Below are positions 39,997-50,138 of a stretch of DNA of 64,000 nucleotides, one piece after another. Source of the DNA: a virus. The notes beneath the pieces are model-generated. The model was given only the letters and a program-made list of their open reading frames with translations. It did not search any database and was not told where the DNA came from. Positions within the stretch are counted from its first letter, which is position 1, and each line of letters begins with the position of its first letter. The stretch lies in IMG/VR virus record IMGVR_UViG_3300029661_000108; one strand, written 5' to 3'. A program made the translations under genes and the position numbers.

Positions 39997-40073
39997 TGGT
40001 TGCAGAGGCAGGATTTGAACCTGCGACCTCAGGATAATGAGTCCTGCGAGCTACCAAACTGCTCTACTCTACG
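39997..40073 (-). tRNA. tRNA-Met (CAT), initiator-like with a C1:A72 mismatch
   Basis: Acceptor CGTAGAG/CTCTGCA leaves C1 opposite A72. D-arm GAGC-AGTTTGGTA-GCTC (A11:T24). Loop CTCATTA. T-arm GCAGG-TTCAAAT-CCTGC. Confidence 0.55.
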
Positions 40074-40179
40074 ATATTTCACAAAAGAAAAAGTTCCTCA
40101 TACGAGAAACAATAAAAAAGAAAATTTAAAATATCTCGTTTATTGTTTGTTTTTCACTTCCTTTCGTGATTTCATAGTT

Positions 40180-40208
40180 ATTATAACATATAATATAAAA
40201 TTAGTCAA
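40180..40208 (-). promoter_or_regulatory. putative sigma70-like promoter driving the minus-strand tRNA array
   Basis: On the minus strand, TTGACT (40208-40203), a 17-nt spacer, then TATAAT (40185-40180), about 110 nt upstream of the first tRNA (40073). Confidence 0.35.
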
Positions 40209-40270
40209 TATATAAATAAAAAGTGCATATAAATGCACTCTTCATTTCTATAAACAACATTTAATACAAA

Positions 40271-40594
40271 TTAATACTCATAATCAATTAAAAAATCCTT
40301 GACTGTGTATTCATTTGATTTTAATCTTTCATCTTCAGCTTTTTCCATTGCTTTTTGAATTGCTTCCTCAAATGGAATTTCATCATCTGCAATTGCTATC
40401 AGGATTTGGTTGATTTTATTATTGTCCTCTAAAATATGTTCAGCACATGATTGTAATATATAATCATCACTATATCCAAAACTTTCTAATCTTTCTTTGA
40501 CTTTATTTCTCATACTTACTTTCATTTTTTTTCCTTCTTTCTTTTTAAATATTTTCTGCATAAGTTTTATATAATTTTTTAAATATAATTCCAT
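40271..40594 (-). CDS. hypothetical protein (107 aa)
   Basis: ORF only. Confidence 0.3.
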   Translation of the reverse strand: MELYLKNYIKLMQKIFKKKEGKKMKVSMRNKVKERLESFGYSDDYILQSCAEHILEDNNKINQILIAIADDEIPFEEAIQKAMEKAEDERLKSNEYTVKDFLIDYEY

Positions 40595-40929
40595 CCATGA
40601 ACTTCATTGTTCATAGCATAAACAAGCAACTCAAAAGGAGGAAGCTGTTCTGTAGCTTCATAATAACGAGAAATTTGTTTTGCCCTTGCTAATAGGACAG
40701 TACAAACTTTTGAGCTTCTCGCATTTAAAATTAAAATAATTGCTCTTGATAATAAAACATGAATCTCGGGACCATTGGGATGCCCTTTATCAACCCAAAA
40801 AATATCCACAATATTCTGTTTGTGAATGTTCTCTATTAACATTCTGTTTTGTCTTTGTTTCATATGCTTAGATTCTATAAGATTATCTAAGCATATATGA
40901 AAGTTTTGATTTTCCTTTATAATCATCAT
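40579..40929 (-). CDS. hypothetical protein (116 aa)
   Basis: ORF only. Confidence 0.35.
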   Translation of the reverse strand: MMIIKENQNFHICLDNLIESKHMKQRQNRMLIENIHKQNIVDIFWVDKGHPNGPEIHVLLSRAIILILNARSSKVCTVLLARAKQISRYYEATEQLPPFELLVYAMNNEVHGWNYI

Positions 40930-40987
40930 AATTCTGTCCCTCCTTTTTGAATTGATGAAAATAACTGCAATCTTTCTTGCTAAAAAA

Positions 40988-41191
40988 TCAATTGTATTTT
41001 AGATGTAGATACATCAGAGCAAATACTAGCTCTGCAACTAAAAAAAGACATCCATCTAATGCTGTCTTATCAACTACTCCTAAAAATACTAAAATCATAA
41101 TTTTTAAATAATTTAAATTTAATAGTGCGAGAACTGGGACAATCATGGTTAATATGACATGATTCCACTTAACTCTTTGTAGAAGCTTCAT
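40988..41191 (-). CDS. small membrane protein (67 aa)
   Basis: Two hydrophobic helices. Confidence 0.25.
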   Translation of the reverse strand: MKLLQRVKWNHVILTMIVPVLALLNLNYLKIMILVFLGVVDKTALDGCLFLVAELVFALMYLHLKYN

Positions 41192-41399
41192 AATTTCTCC
41201 TTTCCAACTTCTAATAATTTACGAATTTTCCCTCCAAAACTCATATCAGAATAAATTTATGGAACTCGTATAGATTACACTTATATTATATCATAATCCT
41301 AAATATTATTAATTTTATATATGATAAGTCTAAATTTTATTAAATAAAAAAACTATAACCTATGAAAATATTTCTAAGGTTATAGTTCGTTTAGTTTCT

Positions 41400-43112
41400 T
41401 TATTCATCCCACCAGTTATAATTTTTAATGTCATCTTCAATCTGATGAGAGCTTGAGGATGATTGCTTTTTTATTTGCCTGATTGCTTCACTTTCTTGAA
41501 TTCCTGGTGAAAACCACGCTGGTTTATCTGAGTTGTTCTTTAAATCATTAAACAGAAATGTTAGAAAGCAGTTTATTTGATTATCTGGAGTCTTGAAAGA
41601 ATATCCAGAGGTTTTTATTCTATCAAGAATATTAAGCATAATTGAATCAAAGGACGCCTGATGAATAATAAGTTTTTCAAGATTCATTATTAACAAATCC
41701 CCTTCTATCATTTTCGCTTCTTTACTCATATAGAATTTCTTAAAGAGCTTCAGTTTATTGAAGCAGGCATTGAGAAAGTCTTTATCAGTGTTTTCTATAA
41801 AGATTGAATTATAAATAGAAGAATTGATTTCATTAATTAAATTAATTAATAAAGAATCGTTTTTATTATTTTCAGTATAAGTATTTAAAGTTTTATTAAT
41901 GTTGATATCTTTTTCGCTATTTTGTTTCTTTCTTTTTGAAGAAATTGTTTCTTTCATATCTGATGAAATGATGGCTCTTGATGGAGTCTTGATATCTGTC
42001 AAATTCTCTGAATTATGGCTCTTTTTAATTTCTTCTTCATCATTATAAGTCAAATTCACGGAATTGTGGCTCTCATCTAATATGTCATAATCATCAAATT
42101 GTGGCTCACTGAATTCTTTCATGTCTATATCTTCAAGGTATTGCTTTACAAATTGATATATTTTATCTGGGAAGTTTCTTGTTCCATTTTCCCATTTGGA
42201 ATATGTCTGTTTATAAAGGCTTAATGAATATTTTTTATTTATAGCCTCTACTATCTGTTTTTGGGTTAAGTTATGCTTTAAACGAAGCTGTTTAACATAT
42301 GTATAATTTCTTTTATTTTTATTGATAATTAAATCTTCTTTGAGTTGGTCCATGTGACTCTTTAGATATAGTTTTTTGTTTTTGCTGTCTAAGCTTTCAA
42401 ATTCTTCAACATTATCCTCAAAGTTGAAAAGTTTTAATAGATAGAAACGTGTATCCTGTGAAAATGCTCTATATTCAAATAATAAACCACAGGCTTTTAA
42501 AAGATATCTTCCTCTTTTTAATGCTGACTGTCCAAGCCCTAATTTCTTTTCCTGAGTTTCAAGAGATTCTTGGAAGTATATTCTTTCTTTGTCATCCACA
42601 AAATAATTCATTTGAGATAAACACATTGTATCAAAGTATATAGAATATTGAAGTTTTGTAGCTAGAGGTAGATTGTTATAGATATCATCAAATAATTCAT
42701 TTGGAAACCTAAAGAAATTGTAACTATCTAAATCTGTTTCATAATAAAACTCATCTGTTTCATCTTTTTTATTATAGTTATATAGATATATCTTATTATT
42801 TCCAACGCTTCGCTTATAGTTGATGAGTCCAACCCTCTTTAAATCTGCTCTTGCTCGGCAACATGTTGATTCACTAATTTTTAATTTATTCATTATATCA
42901 GAATCTGAGTAGATAATATAAGGACCACTGTTATCTTTATAAGTGGTAATGATATATCTGTTTAAATAGAGAGAATACATAAACTTTGCTGGAACAGAAA
43001 GTTTTTTGAATCTATTATCTGAAAATAAGACTTTTGGTATAGATAAGAAAGCATCTATTTTTGTTGTATCATTAATATTATAGTATTTAGATTCTTTATC
43101 CATAGAAAACAC
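41400..43112 (-). CDS. putative replication initiator / replisome-organiser-like protein with an embedded XRE HTH (570 aa)
   Basis: Central HTH NLTQKQIVEAINKKYSLSLYKQTYSKWENG; N- and C-terminal regions resemble phage/plasmid initiator (DnaD-like) architecture; lies near parAB. Confidence 0.45.
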   Translation of the reverse strand: MFSMDKESKYYNINDTTKIDAFLSIPKVLFSDNRFKKLSVPAKFMYSLYLNRYIITTYKDNSGPYIIYSDSDIMNKLKISESTCCRARADLKRVGLINYKRSVGNNKIYLYNYNKKDETDEFYYETDLDSYNFFRFPNELFDDIYNNLPLATKLQYSIYFDTMCLSQMNYFVDDKERIYFQESLETQEKKLGLGQSALKRGRYLLKACGLLFEYRAFSQDTRFYLLKLFNFEDNVEEFESLDSKNKKLYLKSHMDQLKEDLIINKNKRNYTYVKQLRLKHNLTQKQIVEAINKKYSLSLYKQTYSKWENGTRNFPDKIYQFVKQYLEDIDMKEFSEPQFDDYDILDESHNSVNLTYNDEEEIKKSHNSENLTDIKTPSRAIISSDMKETISSKRKKQNSEKDININKTLNTYTENNKNDSLLINLINEINSSIYNSIFIENTDKDFLNACFNKLKLFKKFYMSKEAKMIEGDLLIMNLEKLIIHQASFDSIMLNILDRIKTSGYSFKTPDNQINCFLTFLFNDLKNNSDKPAWFSPGIQESEAIRQIKKQSSSSSHQIEDDIKNYNWWDE

Positions 43113-43636
43113 CTCCTCCCTTTTTTATTATATCTTAATATTTTATTATATCTTAATATATGAATATAAGATTTGTATAATCTTATTTTAAAACCTATTT
43201 ATTGGAGTTGTTTTACTTAATTTTCTTGACTTTTCTTATAAAAATGTTAAGATAAAAGTGCAAAAAATCTCTTATGCCAAAAAGAGTATTATAAAAACAA
43301 CTGTCCGCAATGCCAATTTGGACTAAACTGATGACCGTCTGCCAGGACGGTTTTTCTTTTATAGAAGTGCCACCTTCTAAAGAAAAAACAGCTTACTTGA
43401 ACACACAACCTATGTCGTCGAAAATAATACTGAGATAGGTGATACACATCACCAAAAAGTGGTTATGTGCTCAAATAAACTGTTTTATAAAAAAATATAT
43501 TCAAATGTTAAAAAACTCAAGATAAAAAATGTTATTATTTTCGACACTAAGATTATAACAAAAATGGGAAAATAAAGCAAATGAAAAAAAGACAGACATG
43601 CAAAGATGAAAATCTTTATGATGTATGTCTTTTTGC

Positions 43637-44038
43637 TTAAATGTGTGTGAGCTTAAAGCGCGGATGAGTTGTTAAGTTTGCAGCTTCAATAATAATAATC
43701 TCTTTTTTTGAATATTCTGTTTCATGGGTTATTGTCTTGATATATTTTAATCTAATTCGTTCTCCCTTTCTTGTAATGTAGTGCGAGAATCCATCAAATT
43801 GATTATGAGTTTTGTAGTATTTCTTTAAAAGTTCAAAAAGCTTTATTTTAACGTCATAGTCAAAAGAATTCTGACAATCTGCACATACAAAATTAATCTG
43901 TCGAGGCTTGCTCTCATCCATTTTAAATCCTTTGCCATTCAAATCCTTAATATTGGAGATATTCTGTCCAACATGACATGCACATATCAATGCAATTGAG
44001 CCCCAATCATTTAAGGGGAAGCTATCTAACTGAGACAT
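43637..44038 (-). CDS. hypothetical Cys-rich protein (133 aa)
   Basis: ORF with CACH and CADC pairs, possibly a zinc ribbon. Confidence 0.3.
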   Translation of the reverse strand: MSQLDSFPLNDWGSIALICACHVGQNISNIKDLNGKGFKMDESKPRQINFVCADCQNSFDYDVKIKLFELLKKYYKTHNQFDGFSHYITRKGERIRLKYIKTITHETEYSKKEIIIIEAANLTTHPRFKLTHI

Positions 44039-44339
44039 TGATATTAAAAACAGCTAATTCAGAGTCTGTATCTGCTATTTTTTCTAAAATAAACACAGGT
44101 GTAGAAATTTCTAGAATTTTGTTTTCAGTTTCTAAAAGCTTCCCTGCTCTGGCAATTGTTTTCATTGTGTTGGCAATGGCTCTGTTACCCATAGCCTTAA
44201 TAGTTACTGTACTTCCTTCTTCAAGGAAATGCATTAAAGAACTTGAACATTTTGTAACATATGCAGGGATATCTTGAATCCCTTCTTCAGTTCTGATAAC
44301 TCCTTTCGTGATTTTCATAACCTTATTTCCGTTTTTCAT
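44022..44339 (-). CDS. SpoVS-like protein (105 aa)
   Basis: IKAMGNRAIANTMKTIARAG...NKILEISTPVF...AVFNI resembles the B. subtilis SpoVS family. Confidence 0.5.
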   Translation of the reverse strand: MKNGNKVMKITKGVIRTEEGIQDIPAYVTKCSSSLMHFLEEGSTVTIKAMGNRAIANTMKTIARAGKLLETENKILEISTPVFILEKIADTDSELAVFNINVSVR

Positions 44340-44435
44340 TTTCTACCTCCGTAGCTTTGCTACAGGAAATATTATATCATGTATTTATGAAATCAGTAAA
44401 TTCGTTTGTGAATATAACAAATATACATATTTATC

Positions 44436-45188
44436 TTAAATATTAAATAAATGCCCAACTATGAGAGTTGCATTATCTTCTCCGCCTGCCTCATTAACTT
44501 TCTTTAAAAACATATCGACTCCTTCATTTATTGTTTGAGCTGTTGCTAGGATTGATATGACTTCATCAGGTGTTATATATCTATAGATACCATCACTTGT
44601 CATTAATACAACATCATCCTCTTTTAGATTTCCTGTTAAAAGGATATCTGCAGAAACTTCTGGAAATACTCCCAATGCAGATGTTAGACGACATCTTCCA
44701 GGATGTATATAGAAATCTTTTTCTTCAATTTTACCTGCCATCAACTCTTCATATGTTTCAGAATAGACTCTATTCACTCTTTTAAACTGTCCATTTCGAA
44801 TAAGCTGTATTTCCGTATTTCCAGTTGATGCTGTTAAGAAGTTAAATGATGTTTTACTGATTACTGATATTGATAGTGATGAATAAATATTTCTGTATTT
44901 TTCACTCATTGCGTTGATTGATAGGAATGCCTGTGAGACTACATAAAACCCGAAATCTAGAGAGTCTCTGATATCTATAATGGTTGTTTTATCATTAATG
45001 ATTTTATGTAAATACTGGCTCATAATATGAATAGCGAGCTGACCTATATTAATATCTCCAGCCTGCCCACCATTACCATCAGCCACCATAAGTATATAAT
45101 AATCCCCTATTTCCTCCATTAAAATTCCATCTTCCAGCTTATCAAGCTGACATTTTGCTGTATTCCCATAAAAATAAAGCTGCTTCAA
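44436..45188 (-). CDS. PP2C-family Ser/Thr protein phosphatase
   Basis: ILMVADGNGGQAG (metal-binding DG-GG) and C-terminal GGEDNATLIV. Confidence 0.7.
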   Translation of the reverse strand: MKQLYFYGNTAKCQLDKLEDGILMEEIGDYYILMVADGNGGQAGDINIGQLAIHIMSQYLHKIINDKTTIIDIRDSLDFGFYVVSQAFLSINAMSEKYRNIYSSLSISVISKTSFNFLTASTGNTEIQLIRNGQFKRVNRVYSETYEELMAGKIEEKDFYIHPGRCRLTSALGVFPEVSADILLTGNLKEDDVVLMTSDGIYRYITPDEVISILATAQTINEGVDMFLKKVNEAGGEDNATLIVGHLFNI

Positions 45189-45318
45189 TTTTAATCACCT
45201 CTTTTTTCATCGTACTCTCCTATTATATATCAATATTTGTTAAAAGAACAAATATAAAAGCATAGAGTTATGAATAAAACAAACCATGTTATAATAATGA
45301 GGTAATGGAGGTGATTAC

Positions 45319-46308
45319 ATGAAGTTTAAAAAGATTGTTATGAGTATCATGGGTATTGGACTCTCATTAAATCTTGTAGGAGTCTCGCCTGCATATGCAA
45401 CAGATAATCCTTTGAAAGATTCCCAAGAGAAGGAGCAGGAAAATTTGAAGAAAAAAGCTCAGAAAGAAGATATTTCTAATAAGGCTGACGAAAATCAACC
45501 CTTTAGCATAAAGGATGAGGCTTATTCAATCTATGCATCATCTAAAGAGTCTTTTAATAATTTACAGATGCAATATGGGCATTTAGATGGAGACTCTCAA
45601 GCTGGTCAAGGATTTAAATCATATCTTAAGATAATAAGTGAGGATAAGGAAAATCAGCAGTTACAAGCAAGATTAAATCAAATGGCACAAGGAGATTATA
45701 GTGTGAACGTTTCTGCTGATAAATATGATTCATTGAAGGACGCTGTTGGAGGAGTGACTGATGAACAAAAGGAATCTAATATGAATACTCAGGAGAATGA
45801 GGAGTCTAAAAGTAAGGATTCCCAGATTATAAATTCAGATGATTACAATAGTGATATAGCTTTTGGTTCGGGTTATCAGTCATATGTTCAGCAATATACC
45901 AATAAATATGAACAGAATAAAAAAGATACTCAAGATAGCTCAGAGGAGGTAACTTCGCAACAAACCAAGGAATTTGGCAAAAGCAAGGAGAATAGTCAAA
46001 GTCAAAGTGAGAAAGATAAACAGGAAGTTGCTCAAAAAGAAAAAGAGAATAGGGAGGCTATTCAAAGAAATTACAATAAGCAATTTGATTCTCAAAAGAA
46101 TGAGAATAGCCAAAGTCTTTCCAAAAACGAAAAGGCTAATGAGAAGTTTTTAGAGTCTGGAAAGAATAAAAGTATTCTTAAAAGCTATAATCAATTGAAA
46201 AATGCGATTGTTGCTTCTCAAAAGGCTGTTTCTAATGCTGGAAAATCAGCAAGTGCATCAAAGAGTTATGAAAATAAAGTAAAAAACATAATTGCAAAAT
46301 CTAATTAG
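45319..46308 (+). CDS. secreted low-complexity (Gln/Lys/Glu/Ser-rich) protein (329 aa)
   Basis: Signal peptide ending PAYA, followed by a highly polar repetitive sequence. Confidence 0.45.
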   Translation: MKFKKIVMSIMGIGLSLNLVGVSPAYATDNPLKDSQEKEQENLKKKAQKEDISNKADENQPFSIKDEAYSIYASSKESFNNLQMQYGHLDGDSQAGQGFKSYLKIISEDKENQQLQARLNQMAQGDYSVNVSADKYDSLKDAVGGVTDEQKESNMNTQENEESKSKDSQIINSDDYNSDIAFGSGYQSYVQQYTNKYEQNKKDTQDSSEEVTSQQTKEFGKSKENSQSQSEKDKQEVAQKEKENREAIQRNYNKQFDSQKNENSQSLSKNEKANEKFLESGKNKSILKSYNQLKNAIVASQKAVSNAGKSASASKSYENKVKNIIAKSN

Positions 46309-46317
46309 GAGGGAAAA

Positions 46318-46788
46318 ATGAGAAAATTAATAAGAATCTTATTGGTTTTCTCTTTCTTTTTGAATATTTATGGCTGCCAGAATGTTGACAGGAAAGAAAT
46401 GTTAGATTACAAAGAGATAGAGATTGCCAATCGTCATAATGATGAGGATTTAATTGATAAAGCAAAAGATATTTATACTTCGAATCTATCCAAGGCACAG
46501 GAAGCTGAGGAAAGGCAGGTCGCTACAGTCAAATATTTGGATGATATTTATCAGATAGCTTCTACACGAGTAAATCTGGATTTAGATATATTATATGTTT
46601 TTTCTGAAGATTATGAAACATATATTGCTACAATGCAGGCATATTCGGAAGTATATCTTAAGGAACGTGGAGAATTAGTTAAAAATCAGTCTTTATCAAA
46701 AAAAGAAAATATTGATAAAACAAGTACAGGAAAAATGCTAAAACTTTTATATCAGGCAATTGATGAGCAAGAAAAAGAGACCCAGTAG
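46318..46788 (+). CDS. putative lipoprotein (156 aa)
   Basis: Signal peptide with a lipobox-like NIYGC. Confidence 0.4.
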   Translation: MRKLIRILLVFSFFLNIYGCQNVDRKEMLDYKEIEIANRHNDEDLIDKAKDIYTSNLSKAQEAEERQVATVKYLDDIYQIASTRVNLDLDILYVFSEDYETYIATMQAYSEVYLKERGELVKNQSLSKKENIDKTSTGKMLKLLYQAIDEQEKETQ

Positions 46789-46814
46789 GGTCTCTTTCGT
46801 TTATATAATAGCAT

Positions 46815-47822
46815 TTAAAGTATCAATACAGTATCATTCATTTTGAAATATTCAGAACTGAGATATAACTCATCAGCATTCATGAGAACTGCATTCATGA
46901 GAAGTTTTGTGAATTTGTAAGATTCAATAGGCTTTTTGACTGTTACTTTTTTTGATATCTCAAATATTTTTTCCCCTTGCAAATAGAATATACCATCAAT
47001 CACCTCAATAATGACCTTGAATGGGGCATTTGTTTTTTTATTAATAGAACTATTCTTCTTTTTTAAATTCAATTCCTTGAGCTGTTTCAGTTCTTCCAAT
47101 GAAAGAACATATTCTCTTGCTTTGGAATATTCACATAAGTATGCTTCATCTGTGTCTATTAAAGGAGCTACATAAATATCATTTTTCCCCTTAAATATTA
47201 AAGTTGAGGAATGATTGCGAGTTTGGATGGATAATTCTATATTTTCATATAATCCATCAGCAAAGCTACTTATTGCCTTGCAGATACTCTTTGAGAGATG
47301 ATATGCAAGATTTTTGTTGGTGCTTGTGACACCTTCAAGTCTTAGCTGATGAATGCAATCTGTTCCCCAAAAATAAAGTTCCTTATTTTGAAGAATGAAA
47401 GTGGGATGTTGCAGGAATTTTAGATAGCTGAGACCTGTTGTCATTTCCTCTAGAATATTAAAATTTCTTAGCGTTCTGGAATGAATATTCCCTATAGCCT
47501 CACCAGTAATATCCAATATACTTAAATCTGCCTCTTTATAGGGTATTGTTATTTCTTCTACTAAGCTTCCATTCTTTTTCATATAAATAACTATTCTATG
47601 GTTTTGAATGCCAAAGACATGTTTTGCACCATGAATTTTCTTATATCCCTGATAAAAATCCTTTATTGTAAACATGATAGGTGCTTCAATCTTTTCTGGT
47701 AATATATGAATTTCTTTCGTTTTTGCTATGCTATCAGTTATACAGCATTTGTTATCAATAAAAATAATATCCCCTTCCCTATTCTCATAATTCTCTATAA
47801 ACTTAATATTTCTCTTAATCAT
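46815..47822 (-). CDS. hypothetical protein (335 aa); sliding-clamp-like size but no motif support
   Basis: ORF only, at the start of a DNA-metabolism gene string. Confidence 0.3.
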   Translation of the reverse strand: MIKRNIKFIENYENREGDIIFIDNKCCITDSIAKTKEIHILPEKIEAPIMFTIKDFYQGYKKIHGAKHVFGIQNHRIVIYMKKNGSLVEEITIPYKEADLSILDITGEAIGNIHSRTLRNFNILEEMTTGLSYLKFLQHPTFILQNKELYFWGTDCIHQLRLEGVTSTNKNLAYHLSKSICKAISSFADGLYENIELSIQTRNHSSTLIFKGKNDIYVAPLIDTDEAYLCEYSKAREYVLSLEELKQLKELNLKKKNSSINKKTNAPFKVIIEVIDGIFYLQGEKIFEISKKVTVKKPIESYKFTKLLMNAVLMNADELYLSSEYFKMNDTVLIL

Positions 47823-48160
47823 CTGACTACCTCTTTGTTTCTATATGGTCCTTTTCTTTTTGGATGAATATCCATAGAGATTGTAAAGATTGATGTCTTA
47901 TCCTTGTATCGGGAAATATATTCATAGGTTTTGGAAAGAATGTTGAGAGAATCGGTGTTTATATAAAGGCTGATATTATTGGGAATATAGATTTCATTGA
48001 ATAGGTAATTTGTAAGTTCCTCATTTGTAAGAAATTCATCAAATCGGGGGTTTTGAAGATATAGCCAAGCAAGATATGACTGTAGGAATTCCTTATAGAT
48101 ATCCCCCATTTTCTCTAAAGCTTTTGATTTTTTTTTCTTAGCTTGTTCTTTTAGGCTCAT
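47819..48160 (-). CDS. hypothetical protein (113 aa)
   Basis: ORF only; overlapping stops and starts suggest an operon. Confidence 0.3.
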   Translation of the reverse strand: MSLKEQAKKKKSKALEKMGDIYKEFLQSYLAWLYLQNPRFDEFLTNEELTNYLFNEIYIPNNISLYINTDSLNILSKTYEYISRYKDKTSIFTISMDIHPKRKGPYRNKEVVR

Positions 48161-48741
48161 TTGCTTTCACTCCTGATAGATACATCAAGTTCTTTATTTT
48201 TTGAGATTCCTTTTCTACTATATATATCCTTGTCACGGAAAGCTTTTTTGGAAATAGATATGTAGTCTCTCAATTTATCATCTTCAGCTAGAGACGTTAT
48301 GAAGTCCTTTGCATTTTCTATATTTGGCACAGTAATATATTTACATGTGACAGTTCCATATCCCTTAAAATGTATTGATTTCTCTGTTAACCCTTCTTTT
48401 TTTGCATCAGTCATAATCAGTTCACCAATCTCAGACTTAATACTGTCAGACGCCCCTTTTATTCCTTTAAGTGTTTTTCTTGCTTCATTGACATATGTTG
48501 AGGATTCCTTAATTAGCGTTTTGGCTAGATTGTGTATTTCTTTATCTGTAAAGCCTCTGTCTTTTAGTGTGCTGATTGTCTCATGAAGCTCTTCAGGAAA
48601 GTCTTCACTATTCTCATAGAATGACTGAATCATTTTGTTTGCACTATCAGAATACTCATCAAAGCGTGAGATATCTTGATTTATATTTTGTAAGTCTTCT
48701 AGCCTATCTAGAATTTTTTCCTCTGTTTTATAATCTTTCAT
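48157..48741 (-). CDS. hypothetical protein (194 aa)
   Basis: ORF only. Confidence 0.35.
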   Translation of the reverse strand: MKDYKTEEKILDRLEDLQNINQDISRFDEYSDSANKMIQSFYENSEDFPEELHETISTLKDRGFTDKEIHNLAKTLIKESSTYVNEARKTLKGIKGASDSIKSEIGELIMTDAKKEGLTEKSIHFKGYGTVTCKYITVPNIENAKDFITSLAEDDKLRDYISISKKAFRDKDIYSRKGISKNKELDVSIRSESK

Positions 48742-49297
48742 TGTCTTCCTCCTTTACTGTAATTTTGTTTTTATCAATATCTTCATGATAACTTGCAAAG
48801 AGTGCAAAGGCATCACTGATATCTTCGTTTGGAAAAATATATCCATATTTTAATCCTAGAATTTCTCGGACTGTTTCCTTTTTTGCGTGACCATCACCTG
48901 TTATGTTTTTTTTAATAACTGATGGTGATAAAAAGTACTGCGGAGTATCTATAAAATAGGACATTAAGAAACCATGGAGTTTCAAGAGTGTTTGTGATGA
49001 TTTCAATCTCTTAGGATAAATAAAAATTCCTTCCATATACACACCTGTAATAAAATATTGGTTTTTAAGAGTATCTAGATAGTTTTTTATGCAGCCAAAC
49101 TTGAGCTTTTCAAAATCCTCAGGTTTCATTTGGAGAGGTTTTTTGATTTTTGAGAGATTTATATCATCTAGTAATATTCTCTTACTTTTTTCTTCATAGA
49201 TGACAACGCCAGTATTTGATGTTGAAGCATCTAAAAAGAGTTGAATAGATGGCTTCTTTTTTAAGAATTTCGTTTCACGTGAAACATTTTTTGTCAT
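48728..49297 (-). CDS. RuvC-like / YqgF-like Holliday-junction resolvase fold protein (189 aa)
   Basis: N-terminal IQLFLDASTSNTGVVIY resembles the RuvC motif I (ilGiDpG..tG.av). Confidence 0.4.
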   Translation of the reverse strand: MTKNVSRETKFLKKKPSIQLFLDASTSNTGVVIYEEKSKRILLDDINLSKIKKPLQMKPEDFEKLKFGCIKNYLDTLKNQYFITGVYMEGIFIYPKRLKSSQTLLKLHGFLMSYFIDTPQYFLSPSVIKKNITGDGHAKKETVREILGLKYGYIFPNEDISDAFALFASYHEDIDKNKITVKEEDNERL

Positions 49298-49349
49298 ATT
49301 CCTAAATCTCTTCTTTAGCAGAAAAAGAGGCTTTATAGCCCCTTTTCAC

Positions 49350-50024
49350 TTAATCGATTAAACCTTCAGCTTTAAATGCTTCAACTGCTGCTTCTGTAAT
49401 GGCTTTGGCTGCTTCGGTATTGAATGTTCCACAGTGTGGAGCAGCTTTCCATTCCTTATTTGCATCTTGATAGCGTCTTGATGGGAATCTTAAATGATAC
49501 TTTCCATTTTCATGATGCAATTCGACATCATGCATTGCCATTTTTTCAGTTGTTACAAATGATGCATTTCCAACGAGTGCCTCAAAAGTAGGAACATCGC
49601 GCAATGTAGGGAAACGGATAATTGTTGGGTTTTCTTCTAATGCATTTGCCATTTCATCTTTCTCTGTTTCCACAAACTTTTCTTCCACTGTATCTTCAAA
49701 AGCTTTAACTACAGCAGCTTGAACTCTATCACGAACTTCCTTAGAAATAGGATGAATATAGCTTTGAGTCTGAGTTTCTCCATTTTTATCCTGATACTTT
49801 TTATATGGGAAGAAGATTGAGAATTTGTCATCTTCTTTTTCTGTCAATGAGACATTGCCAAATAGAGGTAAGCCCTCTGTTGTTACAGAGAAGAATCCGA
49901 CTAATGTTGGATTATTTTCGAATGAAACTTTTCTAGGAAAAGTCACCTCCACTGATGGATTTTCTTTATCAGCTGTTGATTTTGAAGCTGTAGCTGCAGC
50001 TTTTTTTGCTTTAATGCTTGCCAT
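49350..50024 (-). CDS. tandem-repeat hypothetical protein (224 aa)
   Basis: Two internal repeats F(F/R)P...(Y)QD(K/A)N(G/K)E...; Ala/Lys-rich N-terminus. Confidence 0.4.
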   Translation of the reverse strand: MASIKAKKAAATASKSTADKENPSVEVTFPRKVSFENNPTLVGFFSVTTEGLPLFGNVSLTEKEDDKFSIFFPYKKYQDKNGETQTQSYIHPISKEVRDRVQAAVVKAFEDTVEEKFVETEKDEMANALEENPTIIRFPTLRDVPTFEALVGNASFVTTEKMAMHDVELHHENGKYHLRFPSRRYQDANKEWKAAPHCGTFNTEAAKAITEAAVEAFKAEGLID

Positions 50025-50138
50025 GTTTATTTCCTCCTTATGTTTCGCATAGATTTACGTATATATTTTATCATAAATTTCATGAGTTGCGTTTTTCTGT
50101 TTGGATGTTATAAGTGTCAAAGGGGTTAGATAGCCCAC

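Noticed and set aside
46815-47822. Calling the 335-aa ORF a DnaN-like sliding clamp
   Set aside because: Only size and gene neighbourhood are suggestive. No clamp motif could be read, so it is left as hypothetical.
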